DNA of 18,264 nt from Candidatus Hodarchaeota archaeon (GTDB taxonomy: Archaea; Asgardarchaeota; Heimdallarchaeia; Hodarchaeales; Hodarchaeaceae), in the NCBI GenBank assembly GCA_016840035.1, contig JAEOTC010000037.1:1-18264 (forward strand), read 5' to 3'. Positions 7,921-17,333 of the stretch are shown here, one piece after another. The position numbers and the translations under genes are program-made. Under the pieces are notes generated by a model. It searched no databases and was not told where the DNA came from. It worked only from the letters and a program-made list of their open reading frames with translations. Positions within the stretch are counted from its first letter, which is position 1; every line of letters begins with the position of its first letter.

Positions 7921-8302
7921 TGATTTTTTGATCTCTCTACTGAGGGGGAATAAAGAAGCAAAACAAAAGGTAGAAAAGCTGGAAGAAACATCAAAAACGA
8001 TAGTCACCACCGCCATAAATGTATTGGAACTGTATATTGGGATTGTAGCTGTGGATGGTATATCAGGAAAAAGAATAGAGACAACACGGGAATTTATATC
8101 AAATTTAACCATATTACCATTAGATGGAAACTCGGCCGAGCGATCTGCTTATATTCTCAATTCGTTGAAAAAAATAGGGAAAACGATAGGTTTGAAAGAC
8201 TCATTGATAGCCGGAATAGCCCTAGAACATAAGGCAGATATATTAACTCGTAATATCAAACACTTTGAAAGAGTATCTGGATTAAAAATCGAAACATGGT
8301 AA
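7904..8302 (+). CDS. vapC: VapC PIN-domain toxin
   Basis: CLDSDFLISLLRG, TTAINVLELYIG, DSLIAGIAL and LTRNIKHFERVSGL. Confidence 0.93.
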   Translation: MICLDSDFLISLLRGNKEAKQKVEKLEETSKTIVTTAINVLELYIGIVAVDGISGKRIETTREFISNLTILPLDGNSAERSAYILNSLKKIGKTIGLKDSLIAGIALEHKADILTRNIKHFERVSGLKIETW

Positions 8303-8310
8303 CCTGGTTC

Positions 8311-8425
8311 CAGAAAAAAAGGTGGAGGAGCGGAACCGACACCACCCTACATATCCCTCGACACGGGGCGACGGTGAGAACGAGCCACCAGCAAAAGAAC
8401 TACAAAACCCAAGAGGAAAAAGAAA
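8311..8425 (+). repeat. Dispersed intergenic repeat, copy D (degenerate core plus extension)
   Basis: AGAAAAAAAGGTGGAGGAGCGGAACCGACACCACCC...GGGGCGACGGTGAGAACGAG, then the extension shared with copies B and E. Starts 9 nt after the vapC2 stop. Confidence 0.78.
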
Positions 8426-8540
8426 TTTCATTTGGTTCGCTTTGAGAAGAGGAGGGGGCAATCCAATCCACAAAGCACTAGAAGTACACTCTACGCTTTG
8501 TTCTTGAGTACGAGTTCTACAAAATTATTACTGCTCAAAT

Positions 8541-11500
8541 TCAATCGGTTTGAGTGTCCGTCTCAAATCTACTTGCAAACTTGGAATAAACTAACCCAAT
8601 AGCAACAGAAATTAAACCCAAAAGGCCAAAACCGACAATAGTCTGTAAAGTTTCAGTTAATTGAGCAAGATATACAGCGGAATAACCGATACTAAGACCA
8701 ATTATGCCAAGTCCGACAATTCGCCATTCTCTTTTCATTACCCAAAAGCCATACAAAATACAGAGAAATGCAGTTGCTCCAGCTGAAAAGTAAAATAATT
8801 CCATTAATTCAGGCCAGAATAACGTATAACCCCAGATAATTAGGAGGGAGAAAAATAATCCGCTATCACTTATGGTTCTCGGAGTGCCAATTCGAGTAAT
8901 AAAAACATAGTAAACACCAATAAGAACTGAAAATGCGATCATCAGTAAAGGAAGGATATCCGCCATTTCAAGTATGTCTAGACCTTTGGTACTCAACTGT
9001 AAAAGGCAGAGATAGAAGATTAGAGGATTAAGGATAGCCATTAATTTGTAAGAATCAACATACCAAGTTTCCCGTGTAGTAAGATCCAAATGCCAATTAT
9101 TCACCTCAGGACGGGCAGAGAATATCGTTTTCCCTAAACCAATCAAAAAACCATGGACTACTACTTGGAAAAGAAATCCAAGAACTATAAACGAAAAGAA
9201 CTCGGATTCTGTTATGGGATCAATCAATGGCAAGCGAAGAAGAAGACTAGCACCATAAATCGTAAAACCATTTGCAAGAACCAGATACCGTTCTATTCCC
9301 AGTAAATACAATCCAAATAGCAGAGAAAAAAGTACTAGAATATCAAAAATTAAAAACGAAAAAATAGGAGAGAGAATAGCACCAAAAAAACCATAACAGA
9401 CTATCGTGTTAATAAATCCTAAAGAAGAAAAAAGCAGAAAATTCAATCCAAAATGATCCTTATCGATTGGGAGAAATTCTTCCCTCACCCGAAAGAGGTG
9501 AGTTAGTAAATAAATCAGACTGAAGAGAAGAGTAATGGTGTGAAACATCCAACCATCAGATGAATTTACTGAATCTAGAAGATAAAACTGAAAAACTGAA
9601 ATTCCTGCGGCGGAGAGAACAAAATAGCTATCAACCAGATGATTGATCTGTTTACGGAGAATTAAAAGGTATCCAAAGGAGAATGGAGTTACCAAAGTAA
9701 TGAAGATAACAATAAAAATATTCCAACTTGATTCAAGTCTGAGCTGTTGAAGGAAAATAATAATCTGAACGATAGCAAGCAAAGGAAGAATAAAACGATA
9801 ATTACTACTACTTTCTGTAGAATCTTGGGTCGAAGGGAGGGCGAAAAGAAAATAAAGGATAAAAAGATAACCATAACATACAACCACATACACAAGAGTC
9901 ATACTCTCAGAAATGGAAGACATTGACACGTAAAGATGCATAACTACAAGGGGAATTAATCCTAAAATAAATTTGGTCTCATCATTGATAATATACGCAT
10001 AAAAATTCTTCGTTGTAATCAGTAATACACAAATAATCCAAAGAAAACCAAGAAAAGCCCAATTATGCGAGTAAAGAAGCTCAGGAATTGAAATAAAAGA
10101 ATGTACTAACTCTGCAAACTGAGTAAAAGAATCTTTTAGAATTAAAATTAGAAAAAGAACAGCTAAAAATGTGCTATTGATAATCGAATAAAATTCCTGG
10201 ACAAGCTTAAGATCAATAGACATTTGTGAGTAATTTTGGGAGATTAGCAATAAAAAGGGGAATAATGCAAATCCTAAGATGAGTCCAATCATATCCTCTC
10301 CAGGTTGAATTATCACTGTTAAAAGAAAAAGGAAGACAGAGAAATAGGTCACAAAATCAAACATCGAGACTTTTCTGATGGAAAAACTCGAAATATCAAT
10401 CGTAGTATCACGATTCGAGCTCCAAAGGATGCAGACAAGAATCAGATATATTACAAAGATTGTATTGGTTACAAAACCCAAGATATTAATGAAAAAACTG
10501 AGAAAAATCGGGCCCAGAGCAATAAGAGTTAAATGCTTGCGATTGATAGTTTCCCAAAATCGTGGATGTACTTCAGAAGGAAATTCACGAGCAACAAGCC
10601 AATTAAAGAAAGTTAAATATACTAAAACAATAAGAGAACCGTTAACCTCTGGTAACACAAGAACAATATCATCCATGAAACCAAGGGAGAGAAACCAAAA
10701 TAATTGAGCAAAAAGAACAATGACGAATGCGACTCCCAGATCTTTTTGACGGAAAGCCAAACTTACAAATGCAGTAGTAAAGATCAGAAAGAGTGGAAGA
10801 AACACTGCACCAGAAATATCTCCTAAATGAAGTAGAAAGAAACTTGCAAATACAGGAGTGACTGAAGTTAACGAGAGATGTTCACGAGTAAAGAGATCAA
10901 AAAATTGATCAGGAATGCCAAGAGGAAAGATGTAACTCACGATAAGATTGAGAAGAATCAGAAAAACTAGGAGAATCATCATGCCATTAATATCAGAGGA
11001 AAACCTATTCTCAACCAAAAGATCAGAAGAATTCGGCAGAAACAGAAGAAATAAGGAAGATAACTGAATAAAGGCGGTAAAAACCATATCCCTTCGACGA
11101 AACGCAATTCCAATAAAGATTAAAAGAAAGAGGGCAAAGTTAATCCATAGAAATCCAAAAAGATAATCGAAGTCCCAATTAAATAACGCAAATGAAGTAA
11201 GATTGTTAACAAAGAGTTGAGTAGAGAGATGCCAGATTAACCAGAGGGAAATGAAAAAACTTTCAAGAAACAGGAGGCTAGAATCATGGCCCCAAGCAGT
11301 GATTACGACGATAAGGATTAATAGAATACACAAAAAATAGTACAGCAGATCATCGCCTCCAACAGGGCTGAAGGGATGAAAACGTAAGGCAAATAAGAGA
11401 AGAAAGTAAATTCCAATGGCTAAAAATGCAAGAGAATACGCAATCGAAGGGATATACTGATTGCGAACTTTAAACCTGAGAATGAGAAAAGAGAAGACAT

Positions 11501-12482
11501 GAAAGATGATGCCCAGGAGAAAAACACCCAGAAAAATCATCATTGATTTTTGTGCCTCTGAAAGCTGAACGCGGGTACTAGACCACATGATAAAGCCAAA
11601 TAGAGAGAATAATATTGCTCCGATTCCCACCCAGCGCAACCAGTTAGCTCCTATAGCAAATTCCCATCCTTCTTCGGGCCGAAAACGGTTGAACCAACTG
11701 GGACTAGAAGGTGAGGATTGATCAGATGGAAGATCAAATGGGCGACCAATCACTTCCGTGGAAGCAGAGGGACGAGGAGACACTGGAAGTTCAGAAGGTT
11801 TTATAAGAGGGTCACTCTCTGGGTGAAGAAATTGGATTTGAGCTTGAAGAAGATCTAGAGTGGATTGTGGTAATCTTTCCTCGACCGCCCAGTAAAACAC
11901 TCTAGTAAAGAACTTATGGAGTGGAAGAGCTTCACTCTTACTCGGTCGTACAGAATTTGCCCGAGAGATCACGTTTTGGAGGAAAGAGACATTGAGGGAG
12001 TTCCCATCTCTAAGGATTCGTTGAGCAGCAAGAAATGGTTTTCCAGAATAGGCCATAAGAATAGCCCATTGAGGTAGAAACCGAAGAGAAAAGTATTTCT
12101 GATTGGCAACAAGTTCTAGTCGGGATTGAAGAGACGCACGCGACCCTTTAAATTGATCTAGGAGGACAAAAAAACGCTCTTTACCTTCACTTAACGATAA
12201 ATTAGGAAGAGAAAGAATGTTTTCAGAAATCGCATTCTCTAAATCCCGTCTAGCAACCATAGAAACTTTCAATTCAGGTTTTTTCTGTGAAACTTGGGTG
12301 GGAACCTGTGAACGGAAAGTGAGTAACTGTTCAATCGATTCCAATCTCGATTCGATAGTTACTAATCGCTGAGCTTGGCATTGAGAGTTGAGACACAAAA
12401 AGATTTCTTCCCCACTCTTAGTAAATCCTTTTTCTAAGGGTTTCTTACAAAATTCACAACGATTTGCGGACATTCCCTTCAC
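8541..12482 (-). CDS. Large polytopic membrane protein, DUF2339-like, with N-terminal zinc ribbon
   Basis: N-terminal CEFC...CLNSQC, a short coiled coil (IESRLESIEQLL) and a Pro/Ser linker. Then WEFAIGANWLRWVGIGAIL (DUF2339-like) and ~1000 aa of consecutive hydrophobic helices. The start may be ATG at 12473. Confidence 0.7.
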   Translation of the reverse strand: MKGMSANRCEFCKKPLEKGFTKSGEEIFLCLNSQCQAQRLVTIESRLESIEQLLTFRSQVPTQVSQKKPELKVSMVARRDLENAISENILSLPNLSLSEGKERFFVLLDQFKGSRASLQSRLELVANQKYFSLRFLPQWAILMAYSGKPFLAAQRILRDGNSLNVSFLQNVISRANSVRPSKSEALPLHKFFTRVFYWAVEERLPQSTLDLLQAQIQFLHPESDPLIKPSELPVSPRPSASTEVIGRPFDLPSDQSSPSSPSWFNRFRPEEGWEFAIGANWLRWVGIGAILFSLFGFIMWSSTRVQLSEAQKSMMIFLGVFLLGIIFHVFSFLILRFKVRNQYIPSIAYSLAFLAIGIYFLLLFALRFHPFSPVGGDDLLYYFLCILLILIVVITAWGHDSSLLFLESFFISLWLIWHLSTQLFVNNLTSFALFNWDFDYLFGFLWINFALFLLIFIGIAFRRRDMVFTAFIQLSSLFLLFLPNSSDLLVENRFSSDINGMMILLVFLILLNLIVSYIFPLGIPDQFFDLFTREHLSLTSVTPVFASFFLLHLGDISGAVFLPLFLIFTTAFVSLAFRQKDLGVAFVIVLFAQLFWFLSLGFMDDIVLVLPEVNGSLIVLVYLTFFNWLVAREFPSEVHPRFWETINRKHLTLIALGPIFLSFFINILGFVTNTIFVIYLILVCILWSSNRDTTIDISSFSIRKVSMFDFVTYFSVFLFLLTVIIQPGEDMIGLILGFALFPFLLLISQNYSQMSIDLKLVQEFYSIINSTFLAVLFLILILKDSFTQFAELVHSFISIPELLYSHNWAFLGFLWIICVLLITTKNFYAYIINDETKFILGLIPLVVMHLYVSMSSISESMTLVYVVVCYGYLFILYFLFALPSTQDSTESSSNYRFILPLLAIVQIIIFLQQLRLESSWNIFIVIFITLVTPFSFGYLLILRKQINHLVDSYFVLSAAGISVFQFYLLDSVNSSDGWMFHTITLLFSLIYLLTHLFRVREEFLPIDKDHFGLNFLLFSSLGFINTIVCYGFFGAILSPIFSFLIFDILVLFSLLFGLYLLGIERYLVLANGFTIYGASLLLRLPLIDPITESEFFSFIVLGFLFQVVVHGFLIGLGKTIFSARPEVNNWHLDLTTRETWYVDSYKLMAILNPLIFYLCLLQLSTKGLDILEMADILPLLMIAFSVLIGVYYVFITRIGTPRTISDSGLFFSLLIIWGYTLFWPELMELFYFSAGATAFLCILYGFWVMKREWRIVGLGIIGLSIGYSAVYLAQLTETLQTIVGFGLLGLISVAIGLVYSKFASRFETDTQTD

Positions 12483-12623
12483 TTTGCTTCATTCATATAA
12501 AATAATAGCGACCTCATTAATAGGAGGACAAATCAAGATATAAACTTTCTTATCGGTGAATGAAATACGATTTTTCTTGAGAAACAAAATCATCACCTAA
12601 GTTATGCACCTCACTATCAGTGA

Positions 12624-13481
12624 CTAAGAAGAGGATACTTTCATATTCAGATAGATAAGAACTGGAAGAGATGAAAAGAACAACTCAAAAATCAAAATAA
12701 TGATATCAATACTTTCATTTGCAACACCAAACAAGAAATTGTTATCAAAAAAAGGACTAATATTCATAAGAACAGTTAAACTCATCAGAAAGCCGAAAAA
12801 AAACAAATAGGGAGTAAAAACGAGTTTTATTTGACTGAAATGATGTATAGACGAACAACAGGCGGCCAATATCCACGGAAAGGCAATTAATCCTAATAAA
12901 GAAAGAGGGATACCATTACATCCAATCGATCCGGTTACACTATAGATGAGAAAGGTACCATGGAATAAACCAAGGAGCATAGGGATGGATGTGATTTGAT
13001 AGAAAAAATGGTTCATGAGCAGATCGGTATCTAAAGAACCGTGATTAATGGGGGGTATTTCCAAAATTTCAAGTCGAGATTTAGGATGGATTAAGAGAAA
13101 ACCAAAACAGACACTTCCAATAAGAGCAAAAAATATCGCTTGATACCAGGGAAAATACGTAGAAGGAGGAGGAACCCGACACAAAGGTGTATGCATTGCT
13201 GGTAGGTTGATATACAACAAATGCCATTCAATGAACAAACACGCAATTGCTATCAAAGAGAGAACTTTCATAGAGGTTGAAAAATGTTTCAGACGAAGTA
13301 GAAGAAGAAAAGAAATTAATAGACAGAATAGGAAGAAACTTCTCTGGCCAGATAGAAAGGGATCCCAATAAGAATGGCCTAAAAAGAGTTGAATACTTTT
13401 TGGCCAACTAAAAAGCGCTAATATCAACGTAATAAGGGGAAGAAAGACTTTGGGAAATGATATGTCGAGATTAGACGTCAT
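12624..13481 (-). CDS. Hypothetical multi-pass membrane protein
   Basis: 285-aa ORF with about 8 hydrophobic segments. GAGGGA lies upstream of the ATG and TTTATA at 13519-13524 (minus strand). No family recognised. Confidence 0.7.
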   Translation of the reverse strand: MTSNLDISFPKVFLPLITLILALFSWPKSIQLFLGHSYWDPFLSGQRSFFLFCLLISFLLLLRLKHFSTSMKVLSLIAIACLFIEWHLLYINLPAMHTPLCRVPPPSTYFPWYQAIFFALIGSVCFGFLLIHPKSRLEILEIPPINHGSLDTDLLMNHFFYQITSIPMLLGLFHGTFLIYSVTGSIGCNGIPLSLLGLIAFPWILAACCSSIHHFSQIKLVFTPYLFFFGFLMSLTVLMNISPFFDNNFLFGVANESIDIIILIFELFFSSLPVLIYLNMKVSSS

Positions 13482-13610
13482 GATCGATCCCTCGGTGAGA
13501 CAGAGAAGGTTAAGGCAATATAAACTATACTACTAATAAAATGTTGGTGGTGTATGAGACCACACCTATGAACACTAGAAAAATACGGTTCAAAATCATA
13601 GATACGCAGT

Positions 13611-13769
13611 CTAGGTATAATTGTACATCAAGATAACAAGAATAATAAAGGAAATAATGACAATATAGAGGAATTTAACCTGGTATTCAAGATCTTTCAC
13701 GGATTGTTCAAGTCTTTCTAAGTCTGGTATCAAATCAGGAGTTTGATTGTTTGTTTCATCGTCTGTCAA
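13611..13769 (-). CDS. Small 52-aa tail-anchored membrane protein with short coiled coil (not in ORF track)
   Basis: TTG...TAG translates to MTDDETNNQTPDLIPDLERLEQSVKDLEYQVKFLYIVIISFIILVILMYNYT. SD-like GAGGTTGA at 13774-13781 and TTTATAAA at 13810-13817 on the minus strand. Confidence 0.7.
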   Translation of the reverse strand: MTDDETNNQTPDLIPDLERLEQSVKDLEYQVKFLYIVIISFIILVILMYNYT

Positions 13770-13809
13770 ATTCTCAACCTCATTAATTGCTATTATACAG
13801 GATTAATAC

Positions 13810-13817
13810 TTTATAAA
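13810..13817 (-). promoter_or_regulatory. Candidate TATA box for the 52-aa gene
   Basis: TTTATAAA about 40 nt upstream of the TTG, leaving room for a short leader that carries the SD-like motif. Confidence 0.5.
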
Positions 13818-13929
13818 CGTTAATGACCCTAGAACATACTCCTCCTATCTAAAGGAACAATCAACGATCTTATTTCATTTATGTTTGGAATCTCTTACAA
13901 AGGGAATCCAAAAGGAATAATCACGGAAT

Positions 13930-13962
13930 AAAGGGAGACGGAGGGGGACTGAAAAAACCCTC
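13930..13962 (+). repeat. Possible highly degenerate copy (G) of the dispersed repeat 5' half
   Basis: AAAGGGAGACGGAGGGGGACTGAAAAAACCCTC resembles AAAGGGAGGGGAGGAGGGACTGGACCGAAACAGTCCC, with a GAGGG/CCCTC stem. Could instead be only a terminator of the zinc ribbon gene. Confidence 0.35.
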
Positions 13963-13973
13963 AAATCATTATC

Positions 13974-14147
13974 TTAACGTATCTCATCACCACAAAAAAT
14001 ACAATGGTTAATCTGTGAAGGTATTTTTCGTAAACAGAAGGGACAGCGGGTTTTATTCGTCAGGTAGAGGCCACAAAAAGGGCAAAATATTGAGATTGCA
14101 GGAATAAGTGTCTTACAATGAGGACATAAGCATTGTTTGGACATCAT
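13974..14147 (-). CDS. Double zinc ribbon protein (~57 aa)
   Basis: Four CxxC knuckles: CPHC, CPFC, CPFC, CIFC. Likely start is ATG at 14147 or 14144 rather than 14210, with TTATATTAA about 20-28 nt upstream (leaderless-type spacing). Confidence 0.8.
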   Translation of the reverse strand: MMSKQCLCPHCKTLIPAISIFCPFCGLYLTNKTRCPFCLRKIPSQINHCIFCGDEIR

Positions 14148-14214
14148 AGATTCATTTCGGGCGATCTTAATATAACTTGATGGTGAATAACCCAGATCGA
14201 TTGAGACCAATTAA

Positions 14215-14333
14215 TAGAGAAAAGGGAGGGGAGGAGGGACTGGACCGAAACAGTCCCGAACCAACCCCTACGCAGAACGACGGTGAGAATAAACTGCAAA
14301 GGAAGGAAGGACAAAACACAAGAAGACAGAAAA
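14215..14333 (+). repeat. Dispersed intergenic repeat, copy E (best-preserved hairpin, with extension)
   Basis: Perfect 7-bp stem GGGACTG (14236-14242)/CAGTCCC (14251-14257) with loop GACCGAAA and possible outer AGGGG/CCCCT pairing. Conserved GGTGAGAAT; the extension is in register with copies B and D. Confidence 0.92.
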
Positions 14334-14467
14334 CCTAAAAAGAGGGAAAATACGTTCCGTACGACATGAATAAGAAAAACCATCAAAGTAAAAGCAAAGA
14401 TTACTAAATTTACAGAGAGGAAAAAGATATATCATGGAAGAGGAGAGGAGAGAAATAGGGATGATAA

Positions 14468-17158
14468 ATGAAAGGACGAGGATTGATTGTCTTTCTATTG
14501 TTCGTTATTATACTGAAAATCCCGTACAATCACAATCATCCTAATGAAACAATACCTAGTCTATCCTCAAACTCAAAACTGGAACAAATCGGTCCGAATG
14601 ACACTACACAACTCATAGAACCAGAAAATGAAGAGAAGAATTGTTCTATTTTTCTTTCGTCCCAATTATCTTGTGAAACATTGTTATCAGTTATAGACAC
14701 ACAAAGAAGTTCTTCAAATGCAATTCTGACAGGACAATATTGGGATTATGGAAATGATACAGATGGAGATGGGAAATTCAATCAATTGGTAATAGTTATT
14801 GAAGTCAATATAACACTGGGAGGGAATTATACCATTACTGCAGAATTAAACTCAAACCAAAGTGATTACTCATGGAATGAAAAAGTAATAGAGAATAAAG
14901 AGGAAGGAAATCAGAACATCACCATACCTTTTGAAGTACAGGAAGTTTATTCAGAGCAGCTAAATACCTCATATAGAATAATTAAAACACAAATCCTATC
15001 GAATAGTCTACTAATTGACGAGGAATATTCCAATTATACAACTAGACAGTACCAATATGATGAATTTGACCCACCAAAAATTTACTTAACAGGTTCATAC
15101 AGAATAAGGGAAAATTATAATGAATTTGGATTTATTAACCGATTTTATCTCGAAGCAAATTTTGAATTCGCACAAAGAGGATATAATCATCTGAATCTAA
15201 GTTATACGACTGTAAAAGATAATTCCTCATACTGGGTAGTAGAAGATGTTTTTAGAGAAGCAGGAAACCATGACATCAATTTTTACCTGGAACCAACTGC
15301 ATTGTACCTGCAAAGAATCAACACAGCATACAATTTTACGTTGATCGAGATCACAGATGTGGAAGAAAGAAGAGTAGGTCACGCTAACATTAATATCACT
15401 ACTCGAGAGTATAATTATAATGAGTTCGCACCTCCTGCTGTAATTCCTTCCGGATTTAGTGTCATTAGACCATTGGATATGGATGACAACAGAAAATTCG
15501 ACACACTCTCAATATTAATTGGTTTAGACATAACAGCAAATGTTAATAGCTTCAAAGTGTATGTTGAGGTGGTATGTGGAAGCTACAAACGGTCAGCTCA
15601 AAAATCAGCAACCCTAAAAGAGTTTGGATTGGTAGAACTATATGTGGAAATTGCTACGTTACGAAATTACCTCATATATACTGGACAACCAACCGTTGCA
15701 TTCGACATGACCTATATTCGTATTTCTCATCTATATGGGGAGATTATTTATGAAAGTGAGGACATTCTTTTTAGGACAGAACGTTATCGTTCAGAGGAAT
15801 TTGACAGTCCACCGGTAGCAATTGAAGGAAATCAAATATTTGACTATTTTGCAGCATTAGAAGAATGGAAGGGAGAAGGGACGGATGAAAATCCCTATAT
15901 AATCCAAGATTTAGTCATAGATAACCTTGTAGACATTCAACCAATAATTGAGATACGAAATACTACACGGAGGTTCATAATTCGAAATTGTAGGTGTGTT
16001 GGAAGTGGAATAGGAATCCGACTAATAGATGTGAGCAATGCAGAATTATTTAATATTACGATAATTGGTGCAGAAATAGGCATTGAGCTGCAAAGAGGTA
16101 CAAATATCACGATAAATGGTAATTATATCACTTCAGAGAACACAATAGGCATGATATTCAAGGACACCAAGTCAATAATCTCAACCGAAAATGAAATTAC
16201 AAATGCCTCACAAGCAATTGTGGTCATAAACACTCGAAATATCCAGCTAATCAATAACAACCTCTCAACGACAGATGGTGAAAAGGGGATCATTTTAGAA
16301 GAAGTATTTTCCAGTATGATAATAAATAATACCATAGAAGGGTTTTTACACACTGGAATAAAGTTACATGCTAGTTCCTATTGCGTTTTGGATCATAATT
16401 TCTTCATAGAGAATCGAGATGCAATTGAAATAAGTGGTACGATTCCACATTCACCCCATCATTCAAGAGAAAATAGAATTTGTAATAATTTAGTCATTAA
16501 AAATCGTAACTATTGTATTATATTCGAAGATTTGGCTATGGACAATATAATCAATGGAAATACTTTTTCATGTAATCGGCCAGAAGGTAGTTACTTGGCA
16601 TATGATGATGGAATCAATAATATGTTTCAAGGAAATTATTGGAACACATCAAGTGAGTACATAATTCAAGGAGACAACAAACACGAGGAGCAACGACTTA
16701 CTTTCGCTCCTCATCTCTCGCCACCAATAATTCTCAGACCCAACGGTGGAGAAAATCTAACGAGAGAAATAAGAATTCATTGGGACGCAGGAAACCATTC
16801 ATTTAACATGGGATTGAACTACACTCTATATTTTTCAGATAATAATGGGACCAGCTGGAATTTTTTAACACAAAATTATAGTCTACGATTCACTTTTAGC
16901 GGAAAACTTGGGTATTACTACAACTGGGAAATTAACTATGATCAGATCTCACCTGGGACAAATTATCTCATCAAAGTAGAAGCTGTGGACCCCTTAGGAT
17001 TCACGATCATTGATACATCGGATTATTCTTTTTCCGTAAGTCTACCCCCAGATCCAGTGTCCAAGACACAGACAGATCCACGAATGTTATTCTTTACTGG
17101 TCTAGTTGTATTATTTGTGATTAGCTATCGATTAACACGTAAAAGAAATAAATTTTGA
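14468..17158 (+). CDS. Cell-surface protein: three ~120-aa beta-rich repeats, right-handed parallel beta-helix (NosD-like), Ig/Fn3-like domain, C-terminal TM anchor
   Basis: Signal peptide. Repeats end in EFDPP, EFAPP and EFDSPP, with a DTDGDG motif in repeat 1. WKGEGTDENPYII precedes beta-helix coils (GI.L...N..I..N.I). PNGGE domain, then MLFFTGLVVLFVISY plus RKRNK. Confidence 0.85.
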   Translation: MKGRGLIVFLLFVIILKIPYNHNHPNETIPSLSSNSKLEQIGPNDTTQLIEPENEEKNCSIFLSSQLSCETLLSVIDTQRSSSNAILTGQYWDYGNDTDGDGKFNQLVIVIEVNITLGGNYTITAELNSNQSDYSWNEKVIENKEEGNQNITIPFEVQEVYSEQLNTSYRIIKTQILSNSLLIDEEYSNYTTRQYQYDEFDPPKIYLTGSYRIRENYNEFGFINRFYLEANFEFAQRGYNHLNLSYTTVKDNSSYWVVEDVFREAGNHDINFYLEPTALYLQRINTAYNFTLIEITDVEERRVGHANINITTREYNYNEFAPPAVIPSGFSVIRPLDMDDNRKFDTLSILIGLDITANVNSFKVYVEVVCGSYKRSAQKSATLKEFGLVELYVEIATLRNYLIYTGQPTVAFDMTYIRISHLYGEIIYESEDILFRTERYRSEEFDSPPVAIEGNQIFDYFAALEEWKGEGTDENPYIIQDLVIDNLVDIQPIIEIRNTTRRFIIRNCRCVGSGIGIRLIDVSNAELFNITIIGAEIGIELQRGTNITINGNYITSENTIGMIFKDTKSIISTENEITNASQAIVVINTRNIQLINNNLSTTDGEKGIILEEVFSSMIINNTIEGFLHTGIKLHASSYCVLDHNFFIENRDAIEISGTIPHSPHHSRENRICNNLVIKNRNYCIIFEDLAMDNIINGNTFSCNRPEGSYLAYDDGINNMFQGNYWNTSSEYIIQGDNKHEEQRLTFAPHLSPPIILRPNGGENLTREIRIHWDAGNHSFNMGLNYTLYFSDNNGTSWNFLTQNYSLRFTFSGKLGYYYNWEINYDQISPGTNYLIKVEAVDPLGFTIIDTSDYSFSVSLPPDPVSKTQTDPRMLFFTGLVVLFVISYRLTRKRNKF

Positions 17159-17237
17159 ATAAGTAATTCAACAAATATTAATTGTACAGGGATTGATTAT
17201 ACCCCAACCCAAACAAGCAGAAAAATTCGGAACGGAC

Positions 17238-17324
17238 ATAGCGCTAGAGAATAAGGTAGATATCTTGACTCGCGATCTCAAACACTTTGTAAGAGTGTCA
17301 GGATTAAAAATCGAAATGTGGTAG
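17238..17324 (+). pseudogene. vapC: 3' fragment of a vapC paralogue
   Basis: Translates to IALENKVDILTRDLKHFVRVSGLKIEMW*, versus IALEHKADILTRNIKHFERVSGLKIETW* at 8216-8302: 72/87 nt and 22/28 aa identical. The rest of the gene is absent. Confidence 0.9.
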
Positions 17325-17333
17325 GCCGCTTAC

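Noticed and set aside
3526-8473. Minus-strand ORFs 3526-3732, 7494-7994 and 8282-8473 sharing an S(F/I)SP...RV peptide
   Set aside because: The similarity is translation of the DNA repeat. The ORFs overlap real genes on the opposite strand and are unrelated outside the repeat.
8541-13481. Strong purine/A richness of the plus strand as a special signal
   Set aside because: Largely explained by T-rich Phe/Leu/Ile/Ser codons of minus-strand membrane proteins. The minus-strand NYN gene does not show it, and skew was not computed.
14224-14271. Repeat core resembles group II intron domain VI (GGGAGGGG...stem...A-CCCCT-AC)
   Set aside because: No domain V (AGC/CGC triad hairpin) precedes any copy, conservation continues 20-60 nt past the would-be 3' splice site, and no reverse transcriptase gene is nearby.
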